A stretch of DNA of 64,000 nt. Origin: Bacteroidota bacterium (lineage in GTDB: Bacteria > Bacteroidota > Ignavibacteria > Ignavibacteriales > Melioribacteraceae). Below are positions 50,513 to 59,801 of this stretch, one piece after another. The first letter of the stretch is position 1. Each line of letters opens with the position of its first letter. The stretch is taken from positions 55,519 through 119,518 of the forward strand of contig JAEWUC010000001.1 in the NCBI GenBank assembly GCA_023397505.1, given 5' to 3'. Under the pieces are notes generated by a model. It was not told where the DNA came from, ran no database searches, and was given only the letters and a program-made list of their open reading frames with translations. The translations under genes were made by a program, and so were the position numbers.

Positions 50513-51673
50513 ATGAAAAGAGTATTAATCTATTTAAGCTTTGTGAGCATGATTGTGGGAGTAATGGCATTTGAATGTTCCTCTGCTGAATTAACAGGTG
50601 CAAAATTGTACATACAACAAAAACAATATGATAAAGCAAAAGAAGCTTTGCAAAAAGAGATCGCTAAAAATCCTGCAAGTGACGAAGCTTATTATTTGTT
50701 AGGTTTTCTTCAAGGTGAAGAAGGCGATATTCCTAAGATGAAAGAAGCTTTTGACAAAAGTCTTGCAATAAGCAAGAAATTCGAACAGCAGATTGTTGAA
50801 TCTCAGAAGTATTATTGGGCTACAAGTTTTAATAAAGGTGTTAGTGATTTTAATAAAGCAACAAAAGCTACAAACCCGGATTCTGTAACTTTATTTTATG
50901 AAAGAGCTGTTACCGATTTTACTAACGCTATTATACTTGAACCTGATTCAGTTGCGTCATATTCAAACTTAGTTTATGCATATTTTAATATGAATAGAGT
51001 TGATGATGCAATTCCAGTTTTGGAAAAAGCCGCAAATGTTGCTCCATCAGCAGAACTTACCGGAATGCTTGGACAAGTTTACAATGAAAAAGGCGCCAAA
51101 TTGATGGAAAACTATCAAACTACAAAAAGCGCTGATGATAGTGTTAAAGCTATGGAATGGTATAATAAATCGATCAAAGTTTTGGAAGGTGCAAGAGCAA
51201 AATATCCGGATGATGGAGACATTCTGCTAAGACTTTCAAATGCATATATCGGTGCTAATAAATTGGATGTGGCAATGACTGCATTCAAAGCGGGTGTTGA
51301 GCAAGAACCTAAAAATAAATATTACCGTTATAATTACGGCGTACTTTTGTTGAATGCGAAAGATTACGCCGCTGCAGAAGAACAATTTAAAGTAGCAGTT
51401 GATGTTGATCCGGATTATACAAACGCAGTTTATAATCTTGCGGTTACTTATGTAAGATGGGGCGCGCAGATGAGAGAAGATATGGAAGCTAAGGGTGAAG
51501 TTACAGATGCATATAAAGATAAATTCAATGCTGCTATTCCTCACCTCGAAAAATATTTAGCTACCACTCCAAAGGAACCATTAATCTGGGAATTGTTGGG
51601 AAGAGTTTATGCCAACTTAGGAATGCAGGAAAAATCCGAAGACGCATTTAAGAAAGCCGATCAATACAGATAA
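50513..51673 (+). CDS. secreted TPR-repeat protein
   Basis: Signal peptide. Repeated A..Y.N.G..Y......A...F.KA....P TPR units throughout. caggag RBS before ATG 50513. Confidence 0.8.
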   Translation: MKRVLIYLSFVSMIVGVMAFECSSAELTGAKLYIQQKQYDKAKEALQKEIAKNPASDEAYYLLGFLQGEEGDIPKMKEAFDKSLAISKKFEQQIVESQKYYWATSFNKGVSDFNKATKATNPDSVTLFYERAVTDFTNAIILEPDSVASYSNLVYAYFNMNRVDDAIPVLEKAANVAPSAELTGMLGQVYNEKGAKLMENYQTTKSADDSVKAMEWYNKSIKVLEGARAKYPDDGDILLRLSNAYIGANKLDVAMTAFKAGVEQEPKNKYYRYNYGVLLLNAKDYAAAEEQFKVAVDVDPDYTNAVYNLAVTYVRWGAQMREDMEAKGEVTDAYKDKFNAAIPHLEKYLATTPKEPLIWELLGRVYANLGMQEKSEDAFKKADQYR

Positions 51674-51694
51674 GAAATAATTGATTTGATTAGT

Positions 51695-51730
51695 AACCCA
51701 CATCCCGTTTTTAGGGGTGTGGGTTTTTTA
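51695..51730 (+). terminator. Rho-independent terminator after the TPR gene
   Basis: aacccacatccc gttttta ggggtgtgggtt hairpin followed by a T-run. Confidence 0.8.
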
Positions 51731-51749
51731 TGAATAACAGGAGTAAGAA

Positions 51750-52082
51750 ATGAATCAGAATAAAGATAACGTGCAGCAGCAAATAAACATTGAATTGGGT
51801 GAAAAGGAAGCCGAAGGGATTTATTCCAACCTTGCAATAATCACTCATTCTCCCGCGGAGTTTGTTATAGATTTTACAAGAGTCGTACCGGGCGTTCCTA
51901 AAGCAAAGGTACTTTCGAGAATTATCACAACTCCACAACATGCAAAGATGTTGATGAGAGCATTGAAAGACAATATTGATAAATTTGAATCACGTTTTGG
52001 TGAAATTAATATTGATATTCAATCCCCGCCTCAATTTGGATTTATTAATCCAAATTCCGACAAAGGAAATCAAATAAATTAG
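51750..52082 (+). CDS. DUF3467 domain-containing protein
   Basis: GIYSNLAIITHSPAEFVIDFTRVVPG.PKAKVLSRIITTPQHAKMLMRAL..NI..FE..FGEI fits my recollection of DUF3467. Confidence 0.65.
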   Translation: MNQNKDNVQQQINIELGEKEAEGIYSNLAIITHSPAEFVIDFTRVVPGVPKAKVLSRIITTPQHAKMLMRALKDNIDKFESRFGEINIDIQSPPQFGFINPNSDKGNQIN

Positions 52083-52088
52083 ATTTAA

Positions 52089-52116
52089 AAGGCCCTCGTA
52101 TGAGGGTCTTTTTTTG
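52089..52116 (+). terminator. Rho-independent terminator after the DUF3467 gene
   Basis: aaggccctc gtat gagggtctt hairpin (one G-U pair) followed by tttttt. Confidence 0.8.
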
Positions 52117-52234
52117 AAGTTAATCACAAACTATAATTTGGGAAAAACAATTCTTGAGTAAATTGTAATAAATAACTACTTTACTTTCAGTAAATACTTT
52201 AGATATCCAGTCATTAAACTATTCGGAGAAAATT

Positions 52235-53299
52235 ATGAGTAAGTTAATTAAGTTATTCATAATCCCGCTATTTGTTTTTGCAATGAGTTTAAACCTAAAA
52301 GCGCAATCGGGAACGATAATCCTAGATGTATTAACAGTTGATGTGATGGAACTTGCGTCGTTTGCCATCGAGAAAAATATACCCAATCAAAGAAGAATAA
52401 TGCAGGTTACTATTATACCAGAAGGAACGGAGGTTATTGTTGAGGGTTCAGTTTCTTGGTTAAAAAATAATCATTCTTCCCCTCAAGATATACTTAACTT
52501 TAGAACTAGACCATTTAAAGCAAGAACTTTTTCAAATCTTGATATCGGTAATTCAGAGATAGATTTTGAATATAAAAACTATGATACTGATTTAATTAAA
52601 GATAATTTTGATAGAAATAAACCTTCAGGAACTTATATCATTTCAGTAAGATTATTCAATAACACAGGGATTGAGTTAATAGATGATGATATGAAAAAAA
52701 TTGAATTTTTAAATCCAACTGCACCTCAAATTAATTTGCCTGCTGAAAATAGTTTACAGGACATTGGCGCTGTAATGATTTCTTGGACTGAATCTGTCGG
52801 AGTTAAAAATTATAGAATTGCAGCAAATTATATTAATGAAGGACAATCTGCAGAAGAAGCTCTTAATTCAGGCAATCTTTTGGTAAATAATTTTGATGTT
52901 GGCCCTATAACCTCCGTAAATATGAGAGATATTCTTAATAGAGAATTGTTACCTGATAAAAAAGTTGTGCTTGTTGTTAAAGCAGTTGTTACAGTTATTG
53001 GCGGGGAAGACGAACTGCAAAGTGAACCAATTATTTTTTTAACAAGTTCTCAAACCAGTACGTCAAATAATCAAAATATTCAGGTTGATTTAAACATACT
53101 TCAACTTGCGGAATTGTTAAGCGGCAAGGTTAGTCAAAATTTTATTAATCAACTTAAAAACGGCGAAGTTACTATTGACCAAATTCAAATTACCGATGAG
53201 AATAATAATAACGTTTCGTTCGGCGATTTGTTAAGTCTCCTTAACTATCTTAACGCTAATGGGCAATCTCTAATATCAATACAATTTACAGCACAGTAA
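52235..53299 (+). CDS. secreted hypothetical protein, first gene of the FecR/CHASE2 cluster
   Basis: Signal peptide MSKLIKLFIIPLFVFAMSLNLKAQ. Beta-rich sequence with no recognised motif. 15 bp upstream of the FecR-like gene. Confidence 0.55.
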   Translation: MSKLIKLFIIPLFVFAMSLNLKAQSGTIILDVLTVDVMELASFAIEKNIPNQRRIMQVTIIPEGTEVIVEGSVSWLKNNHSSPQDILNFRTRPFKARTFSNLDIGNSEIDFEYKNYDTDLIKDNFDRNKPSGTYIISVRLFNNTGIELIDDDMKKIEFLNPTAPQINLPAENSLQDIGAVMISWTESVGVKNYRIAANYINEGQSAEEALNSGNLLVNNFDVGPITSVNMRDILNRELLPDKKVVLVVKAVVTVIGGEDELQSEPIIFLTSSQTSTSNNQNIQVDLNILQLAELLSGKVSQNFINQLKNGEVTIDQIQITDENNNNVSFGDLLSLLNYLNANGQSLISIQFTAQ

Positions 53300-53314
53300 A
53301 AAACGGGTAGCCAA

Positions 53315-54037
53315 ATGAGAAAAATAAAATTTATTACTCTGTTAGTTTTATTGCCATTTCTAATGGGATTTATTTCGGATGATAAAAACGGTGGCAATAA
53401 AACAGGTACAAAACAAATGCCTTCCAATACTGTTGCTTTCGTAAAAAAAATAGTTTTAGACGTTACATACCGAAAGACTTCGGAACAGTCCGATTGGGAA
53501 CTTGCAAAGACAGGAACACTTTTGGAAGACGGTGGAGAAGTAAAAACCGGTGATAAGTCACTCGCACTTGTTTTATTTACCGATGGCTCTGGCTTGTTAA
53601 GGGTACGTGAAAATTCTATTCTGCATATTTATGGTACTAAAAAAGAAAAAGCCATGAATAAGAATACGTTTATTCAAAAAGGATTGATCAACTTTGAAGT
53701 GAACAAACAATCGACAGATGAAGAATTTAAATTTACCACACCGACGGTTGTTGCTTCAATTAGGGGAACAGACGGATTTTTGAATTACAGCGAAGACAGT
53801 ACTTTTACAATGTATTTAAATTCCGGCAGCGCCGGTTTAACCGGCTCTGCAGGATGTGATTCACTCACAGCCGGAAGCACAATAGTTATTACAGGCGACG
53901 GTCAATGTAATACAGGGCAGGCATCACAAAGCAACATTAATACATTTAATTCAACTAAAAACACAAACGAAAAGAAAATAAAAATAAAAACAAACAAGGG
54001 CGAGGTTGAAATAAAATATTACGGGCCCAGTAATTAA
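53315..54037 (+). CDS. FecR-domain protein (secreted/periplasmic)
   Basis: Signal peptide. ...W..AK.GT.LEDGGEVKTGDKSLALVLFTDGSGLLRVRENSILHI... pattern typical of the FecR sensing domain. No anti-sigma N-terminal domain. Confidence 0.65.
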   Translation: MRKIKFITLLVLLPFLMGFISDDKNGGNKTGTKQMPSNTVAFVKKIVLDVTYRKTSEQSDWELAKTGTLLEDGGEVKTGDKSLALVLFTDGSGLLRVRENSILHIYGTKKEKAMNKNTFIQKGLINFEVNKQSTDEEFKFTTPTVVASIRGTDGFLNYSEDSTFTMYLNSGSAGLTGSAGCDSLTAGSTIVITGDGQCNTGQASQSNINTFNSTKNTNEKKIKIKTNKGEVEIKYYGPSN

Positions 54038-54074
54038 TAAATAAAAAACATTCAAATAATCGTGGAATTGAAAA

Positions 54075-56480
54075 ATGAAAAATAATTCTACAAAGCCGAA
54101 AGATTTTTTGAAATTTTTTGTTCTGTTTTTTTTCTGTATGAGTGTTTTTGTTATTGACACTGTAGCTCAGATGAGCAGTTTTATTTCATCTCTAAGAACC
54201 GGGGATGCAAAAGACAAATCTCCTTTGGTGATAACAGCAGATTTAATTTCGCCGGAAAATATATCGGCGTTGAATGTTGCGTTCCGATCGTTTGGACAAA
54301 GCGAGTATCAAAAAGTTGAAATGCTGATTGCAGGCACTACTGCTTCTGCAACAATAGAAGGCGAATTTATCCAGCCGCCGTTTATTGAATACTATATTGT
54401 AATTGATTTGAAAGATGGATCGTCTCAAACTTTTCCGCTTGATGTTGAACAAGGTGTTTCACCGCTTCAAGTTGCTGTAGCCGGTCTTTCGGTAAAAGAT
54501 CAGGAAATTCTTGTTTTAAGTCCCGCCGACGGTGAAATAATTACCGATGAAGATTTTCTAATTTCAATTTCGTTTTTCAAAGCGCCTTCCGGTATCGATA
54601 TTTCAAAAACTAAAATCTATTTGAACGATACGGATATTTCATCTAATAAATTAGATGCCGGCGATATGCTTTTAATCAGCAGTGAAAATTTGGATGAAAT
54701 TCCAATCGGTGCAAAGTTACTAAAAGTGGAAATCTTTGACACTGAAGGAAATTTATATCATACGATCAATAAAAATTTCCAGGTAGTTACAAGAACTGTT
54801 GCCGAACAAATGGCTTCTGCCTGGAAGTATTACGGGAATGTGCGTGCCGAATCAAGAACCGAATCTTTTAATAGTTCATCAACTTGGTATAATAATATAA
54901 ACGCCGAAGCAAATGCTACAGATGAGAGCTGGCGCTTTAACGGGTATGTGTATTTTACTTCGGAAGAAAAAAGCAATCTACAGCCGTATAACAGGTATTC
55001 TGCATCAATTCAAAAAGACGATTTACTTTCATTGAAACTTGGCGATTCATACCCGCGCTTTCCGAATTTAATTATGGATGGAAAAAGAATTCGCGGTGTA
55101 AGCGGTTCATTAAACTTGGGGATCTTTAATTTGCAAGCTTCATTCGGTGAAACAGTTAGGAAAGTTGAAGGCAAAGTTTTGCAAACTTACACACCGGGAG
55201 AAGCCCCGTTGGCTTCAGATATAATTGCGATTAACAATGGCAGCGAATATGCAAAAGTTTCGATGGGTACGTATAACAGGCAAATTTTTGCCGTTCGTCC
55301 TTCGTTTGGAAGCGGTGAAAATTTTCAATTCGGTTTGTCTTATCTTCATTCAAAAGATGATCCGGGCTCTGTTAAATACAGCGCTCGTCCGCAGGAGAAT
55401 GCGGTGGTGGGAACAGATTTAATGTTTGCACTTGATAATCAGAATATTATATTCACTTCGCAGGCTGCTGTTAGTTTATTCAACAAAGATATTTCTTCTG
55501 GCAATCTTTCGGATGCACAAATAGATTCGCTGTTCGGTCCGGGAAAATATATTGATATGGATCCCGAAGATGTAAAAACTATCCGTGACATCGCCGGGAA
55601 ATTCATAACCGTAAATCAATATATCGGTCCGTTAAATCCCCAGGAAATGGCATCGCTTGCGGCAGAAGCTGCTCTTAGTTTTAATTATTTTAACAATTCG
55701 CTGAAAGCCTCATACATTTATCGGGGAAACGATTATCAATCATTCGGGCAATCTTATATTCGAACCGACATTAAAGGAATCAATTTAGTCGACCGCATCC
55801 GTATGATAGATAATAAGGTTTTTGTTTCTTTGGGTTACGAACTGTTGGAAGATAATTTGCAAAATACTAAAAGAGCAGCTACAACTTATCAAACTGTAAG
55901 TGTATCGTTGTCCGTTTTTCCACGCGCTGATTTCCCGAATATCACGCTCGGTTTTAACAGCTATGATAACAACAATGATATTAGCATAAAGGATACAACG
56001 AATAATAAATACATGGTTAATGAAACAACAAACCGTTTTCTTATTTCATTATCCTATGATTTGGTTGCAGGCGTACGTCACAGTGCATCATTATCTTTCT
56101 CAACTCAAAATAGGGAAGACAATAGTTTGTTAAATGCCGACGCTAAATTCAATTCGGGAATACTAGGTGTGAATAGTTATTGGACTTCTGATTTAAGTTC
56201 CATCTTCCAATTAATTTATAGTTCAACTGAAATAAGTGCAGTGCCGTTTGATTATTTTACACTAGTTGCCGGCGCTAAATATAGAATGCTCGAAGATAGG
56301 TTAATGCTATCGGCAACTTTAAGTCCAAGTTTCGGCGATTTTGACAGGCAGGCTTTGGAATTATTTGCCGATTATCTGGTAATGAAAAATTTCAACCTGA
56401 TTTTTCAAACAAGAATTTTCAGATTCCCGGGTAAATCAACCAATTCAATCATCGGACTTTCAACAAGGTATTCATTCTAA
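54075..56480 (+). CDS. 801-aa outer-membrane protein: N-terminal Ig-like/beta-sandwich region plus large C-terminal beta-barrel, family unknown
   Basis: Signal peptide. The C-terminal ~500 aa has an alternating amphipathic strand pattern rich in Y/N/S/G and ends ...IIGLSTRYSF (aromatic OMP terminus). Confidence 0.5.
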   Translation: MKNNSTKPKDFLKFFVLFFFCMSVFVIDTVAQMSSFISSLRTGDAKDKSPLVITADLISPENISALNVAFRSFGQSEYQKVEMLIAGTTASATIEGEFIQPPFIEYYIVIDLKDGSSQTFPLDVEQGVSPLQVAVAGLSVKDQEILVLSPADGEIITDEDFLISISFFKAPSGIDISKTKIYLNDTDISSNKLDAGDMLLISSENLDEIPIGAKLLKVEIFDTEGNLYHTINKNFQVVTRTVAEQMASAWKYYGNVRAESRTESFNSSSTWYNNINAEANATDESWRFNGYVYFTSEEKSNLQPYNRYSASIQKDDLLSLKLGDSYPRFPNLIMDGKRIRGVSGSLNLGIFNLQASFGETVRKVEGKVLQTYTPGEAPLASDIIAINNGSEYAKVSMGTYNRQIFAVRPSFGSGENFQFGLSYLHSKDDPGSVKYSARPQENAVVGTDLMFALDNQNIIFTSQAAVSLFNKDISSGNLSDAQIDSLFGPGKYIDMDPEDVKTIRDIAGKFITVNQYIGPLNPQEMASLAAEAALSFNYFNNSLKASYIYRGNDYQSFGQSYIRTDIKGINLVDRIRMIDNKVFVSLGYELLEDNLQNTKRAATTYQTVSVSLSVFPRADFPNITLGFNSYDNNNDISIKDTTNNKYMVNETTNRFLISLSYDLVAGVRHSASLSFSTQNREDNSLLNADAKFNSGILGVNSYWTSDLSSIFQLIYSSTEISAVPFDYFTLVAGAKYRMLEDRLMLSATLSPSFGDFDRQALELFADYLVMKNFNLIFQTRIFRFPGKSTNSIIGLSTRYSF

Positions 56481-56486
56481 CGGAAT

Positions 56487-58706
56487 ATGACAGGCAGCGG
56501 AAGCAAACAAAAAATTTTCTTAACAAAAATTATAATAGTAATTTCTTCTGCCCTGCTCACTCTTTTAATTACTCAAGAGTTCTTTTTCACAATTGATCCT
56601 ATCAAACAGCTCGAACTAAAACTTATTGACAAGCGTTTTTCTGAAAGAGGGAAAATAGATATTGGCGATTCCTCAGATGTAATTATAATTGAAATTACAC
56701 AGGATAGTTACGATCAAATACCGCCGCCGTATAATAAATGGCCCTGGCCAAGATTTATTTTTGCAAACCTAATTGATAATTTAACCGAGGCGGGAGTTAA
56801 GGCAATTGGTATTGATATAAATATGCCGTTACCCGATCAGTTCTCTCCACAGTATGATTCGCTTATGAGCTCGGCAATTAAAAAATCCGGTAAAGTGGTT
56901 GTTTCTGGAAAAGTTGATACGCAGCTTGAAAATTTAATTGACGAAGGAAAATCTAATGTTAGAAAGTTGAATGAAGATTACGATAATATATTTTATAGTG
57001 TTGATAGTTCATTGGGATTGGTGCAACCGCCTGCAGATTATGACGGTGTTTTTAGAAGATATATTCCTTATGCGGCTTCCAATGCAACCGGTAAATTAAT
57101 TCCAAGTTTTGGTTTTGCAATTCTGAATAAATACTACAATTTGAAGAACAACGAAGTTGCCATTCGTGAAGATGGAAATTTTAGATTAGGTAATAAATTA
57201 ATTCCTCAATACGATAGGCACAGCATATTAATAAATTTTTATGGGCCGAGCGGAACTTTTCCACAAGTGCAGCTTCTAGATATTCTTGACGATAAAGAGT
57301 TTAAAACAATTGATGAAATTGAAACCGGAGAAGAAATTAATACGTGGGACTCACCGGATTACGGTTTGCTTCATTCGGGAAAATTTAAAGATAAGATTGT
57401 GATAATCGGTTCAACAATGCCGGAAGATAGAGACCTATTTCAAGTATCATTTGCCAAGGGAAAGCAAAAAGGGGATAATCTTTTATACGGTGTCGAATTT
57501 CACGCAAACATAATTCAAAATGTAATAAGCGATAATTTCCTTTATAGGCAATCTAAATTAAGCGAGTATTTGTTGGTCTTTTTGCTGACTGTGCTTGTTT
57601 TTTTTACAACATCTTTTGTAAGAAGAATAAAACTTAAAAGGGGAATGATCATTGAGCTGCTAAACGTTTTCTTTGTTGCAGTTTTAATCTTTGTTCTATA
57701 TGAATTAAGCATCTATTTGTTTATAAATCAAAATCTTGTAATTACTTTAGTAAGCCCGTTCATCTCAATAATTCTTGGTTTCTTTGCAAGTACAGCTTAT
57801 CATTTTATTACCGAGAGACAACAAAATGTTTTGATCAAAGGAATGTTCAGTACATATGTCAGTAAGAATGTTGTTAATGAACTTATTAATAATCCCGATA
57901 AACTTAAGTTGGGAGGCGAGAAAAAAAATCTTACAATTCTTTTCAGCGATATTGCAGGCTTTACAACCTTTGCAGAGAAAAAACAGCCCGAAGAATTGGT
58001 AAGATTTATAAACGAGTTTTTAAGCGACATGAGTGAAATTATTATTTCCAACGACGGCACACTCGATAAATATCTAGGGGATGCGGTAATGGCTTTTTGG
58101 GGTGCGCCGATTGAAGTTAAAGATCATGCTGAGAAAGCATGTTTGACGGCGCTTCAAATGCAGGAAAGACTTGCACAAATTCGTGAAAGGTGGATACAAA
58201 GCGGTGAAACACCAATTTATATCAGAATTGGAATCAATTCAGGAGATGTAATTGTAGGCAATATTGGCGGTGTAAAACGATTTGACTATACTGTGCTCGG
58301 CGATGATGTTAACTTGGCCTCGCGCCTTGAAGGTGCAAACAAGGAATACGCGACTAATATTATGATCGGTGAATCAACATATAGACTTGTTAAAGATAAA
58401 TTCCACACACGCGAGCTTGATGTAATAAGAGTTAAAGGTAAATCCGAACCCACAAAAGTATTTGAATTGATAAGCAAAATAGGTGATAAAAAAGCGGAGG
58501 ACGCTATCGAACAGATGGATTTGTATTTCCAGGGTTTGGAATTATACCGCTTAAAAGGTTTTGAAGCTGCGCATGATTACTTTAAAAGATCATTCGAAAA
58601 ATTGGGGGATTATCCGTCTAAAGTTTATATGCACAGATGTGAATTTTATTTGATTAATCCTCCCGGGCAAAACTGGGACGGAGTTTTTGAATTTAAGACT
58701 AAATAA
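56487..58706 (+). CDS. CHASE2 sensor domain-containing class III adenylate/guanylate cyclase
   Basis: TM helix, ~330-aa extracytoplasmic CHASE2-like region and three TM helices. Then LTILFSDIAGFTTFAEK, LGDAVMAFWGAP, IGINSGDVIVGNIGG..RFDYTVLGDDVNLASRLEG. TPR-like tail. Confidence 0.9.
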   Translation: MTGSGSKQKIFLTKIIIVISSALLTLLITQEFFFTIDPIKQLELKLIDKRFSERGKIDIGDSSDVIIIEITQDSYDQIPPPYNKWPWPRFIFANLIDNLTEAGVKAIGIDINMPLPDQFSPQYDSLMSSAIKKSGKVVVSGKVDTQLENLIDEGKSNVRKLNEDYDNIFYSVDSSLGLVQPPADYDGVFRRYIPYAASNATGKLIPSFGFAILNKYYNLKNNEVAIREDGNFRLGNKLIPQYDRHSILINFYGPSGTFPQVQLLDILDDKEFKTIDEIETGEEINTWDSPDYGLLHSGKFKDKIVIIGSTMPEDRDLFQVSFAKGKQKGDNLLYGVEFHANIIQNVISDNFLYRQSKLSEYLLVFLLTVLVFFTTSFVRRIKLKRGMIIELLNVFFVAVLIFVLYELSIYLFINQNLVITLVSPFISIILGFFASTAYHFITERQQNVLIKGMFSTYVSKNVVNELINNPDKLKLGGEKKNLTILFSDIAGFTTFAEKKQPEELVRFINEFLSDMSEIIISNDGTLDKYLGDAVMAFWGAPIEVKDHAEKACLTALQMQERLAQIRERWIQSGETPIYIRIGINSGDVIVGNIGGVKRFDYTVLGDDVNLASRLEGANKEYATNIMIGESTYRLVKDKFHTRELDVIRVKGKSEPTKVFELISKIGDKKAEDAIEQMDLYFQGLELYRLKGFEAAHDYFKRSFEKLGDYPSKVYMHRCEFYLINPPGQNWDGVFEFKTK

Positions 58707-58718
58707 ATTTTAGATAAG

Positions 58719-59801
58719 TTATTTAGCAGCGCGTTTAATATTATAAATTGCTGCAGCGAGAAAAATAAAATTTGCGAGCCACGCAGTTATGAAAGGATTG
58801 AGTACTCCGTTTTTACCAAAAGCCTGACTTACTTTCATGAACACCAAATAGGCAAAAGTAATTAATAGATTTATTCCAACCTGAATTGCAAGTCCTCCTT
58901 TGCGCCGGTTTGCTGAGATCGGTAATCCGAACAATACAACAACAACGCTTGAAAATGCGAAAGCAATTCTTGATTGATATTCAATTAAAATTGAAGTTGG
59001 GTTATTGCCTGTCGTTTGTTGTTCATTTGCGTAGTTGTCAAGTTCAGGCAAAGTCATTTCTTCAGGCTTGCGCTGCTTTTTAATTATTTCTTCGGGTTTA
59101 AAATTCAATCCGTAATAATTTTTTTCTGCGAACTTTTCGAATGATTCATCGGTATCGTGGAATACTCTATTAGTGCCGGTGTATAAAATCCAACAATTGT
59201 TTGTTGTATCATATTTCATTCTATAAGCATCGGTTCTAGATGTTAATTTTGTGAGATCATTCATATCAAATTCTTGTATACTTATCTGGTTTGCCTGGTG
59301 ATTATCAACATCATAATATCTAATAGTAACTATTCTATTCTTGGTATCCTGGAAAAAAATATTGCTTCCGATATTAACTAAACCTTTCCGCATATATTTC
59401 TGTTCGATATAAACTTTTTGCTTGTTGGCAAGCGGTACAAGATACCCGCCGATATAAACCGCTGATAAACTGATAATAAACGAGGTGATAATGAACGGCG
59501 CCATAAATCGGTATAAACTCATTCCTCCCGCACGCATTGCCGTTAATTCGTTTAGGTTTGACATTTTACCTGCTGTGAATAAACTTGCAAGCAAAACTGA
59601 AACCGGTGTCATCAAGCGAATTATTTCTGGAATAAAAACTAAATAATAATTTAATATTAATTCCGAAGGCACATTCTGATCAATAAAGTCGTCAAGATTT
59701 TCCATCATATCAACTACGACGAAAATAAGGGCAAAAGCCAATAAGCCGAAAAATACTGTTTGAAGAAATTGTTTTATAAGATATCTGTCAAGTATTTTCA
59801 T
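58719..59801 (-). CDS. lptG: LPS export ABC transporter permease, LptF/LptG (YjgP/YjgQ) family; LptG by gene order
   Basis: MKILDRYLIKQFL N-terminus, 3+3 TM helices around a periplasmic beta-jellyroll region. 14-bp overlap with the upstream paralog. Confidence 0.75.
   Translation of the reverse strand: MKILDRYLIKQFLQTVFFGLLAFALIFVVVDMMENLDDFIDQNVPSELILNYYLVFIPEIIRLMTPVSVLLASLFTAGKMSNLNELTAMRAGGMSLYRFMAPFIITSFIISLSAVYIGGYLVPLANKQKVYIEQKYMRKGLVNIGSNIFFQDTKNRIVTIRYYDVDNHQANQISIQEFDMNDLTKLTSRTDAYRMKYDTTNNCWILYTGTNRVFHDTDESFEKFAEKNYYGLNFKPEEIIKKQRKPEEMTLPELDNYANEQQTTGNNPTSILIEYQSRIAFAFSSVVVVLFGLPISANRRKGGLAIQVGINLLITFAYLVFMKVSQAFGKNGVLNPFITAWLANFIFLAAAIYNIKRAAK

Noticed and set aside
58707-58718. 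12-bp gap between the convergent cyclase and lptG genes as a shared bidirectional terminator
   Set aside because: The gap is too short to hold a hairpin, and none is visible in the flanking coding ends.
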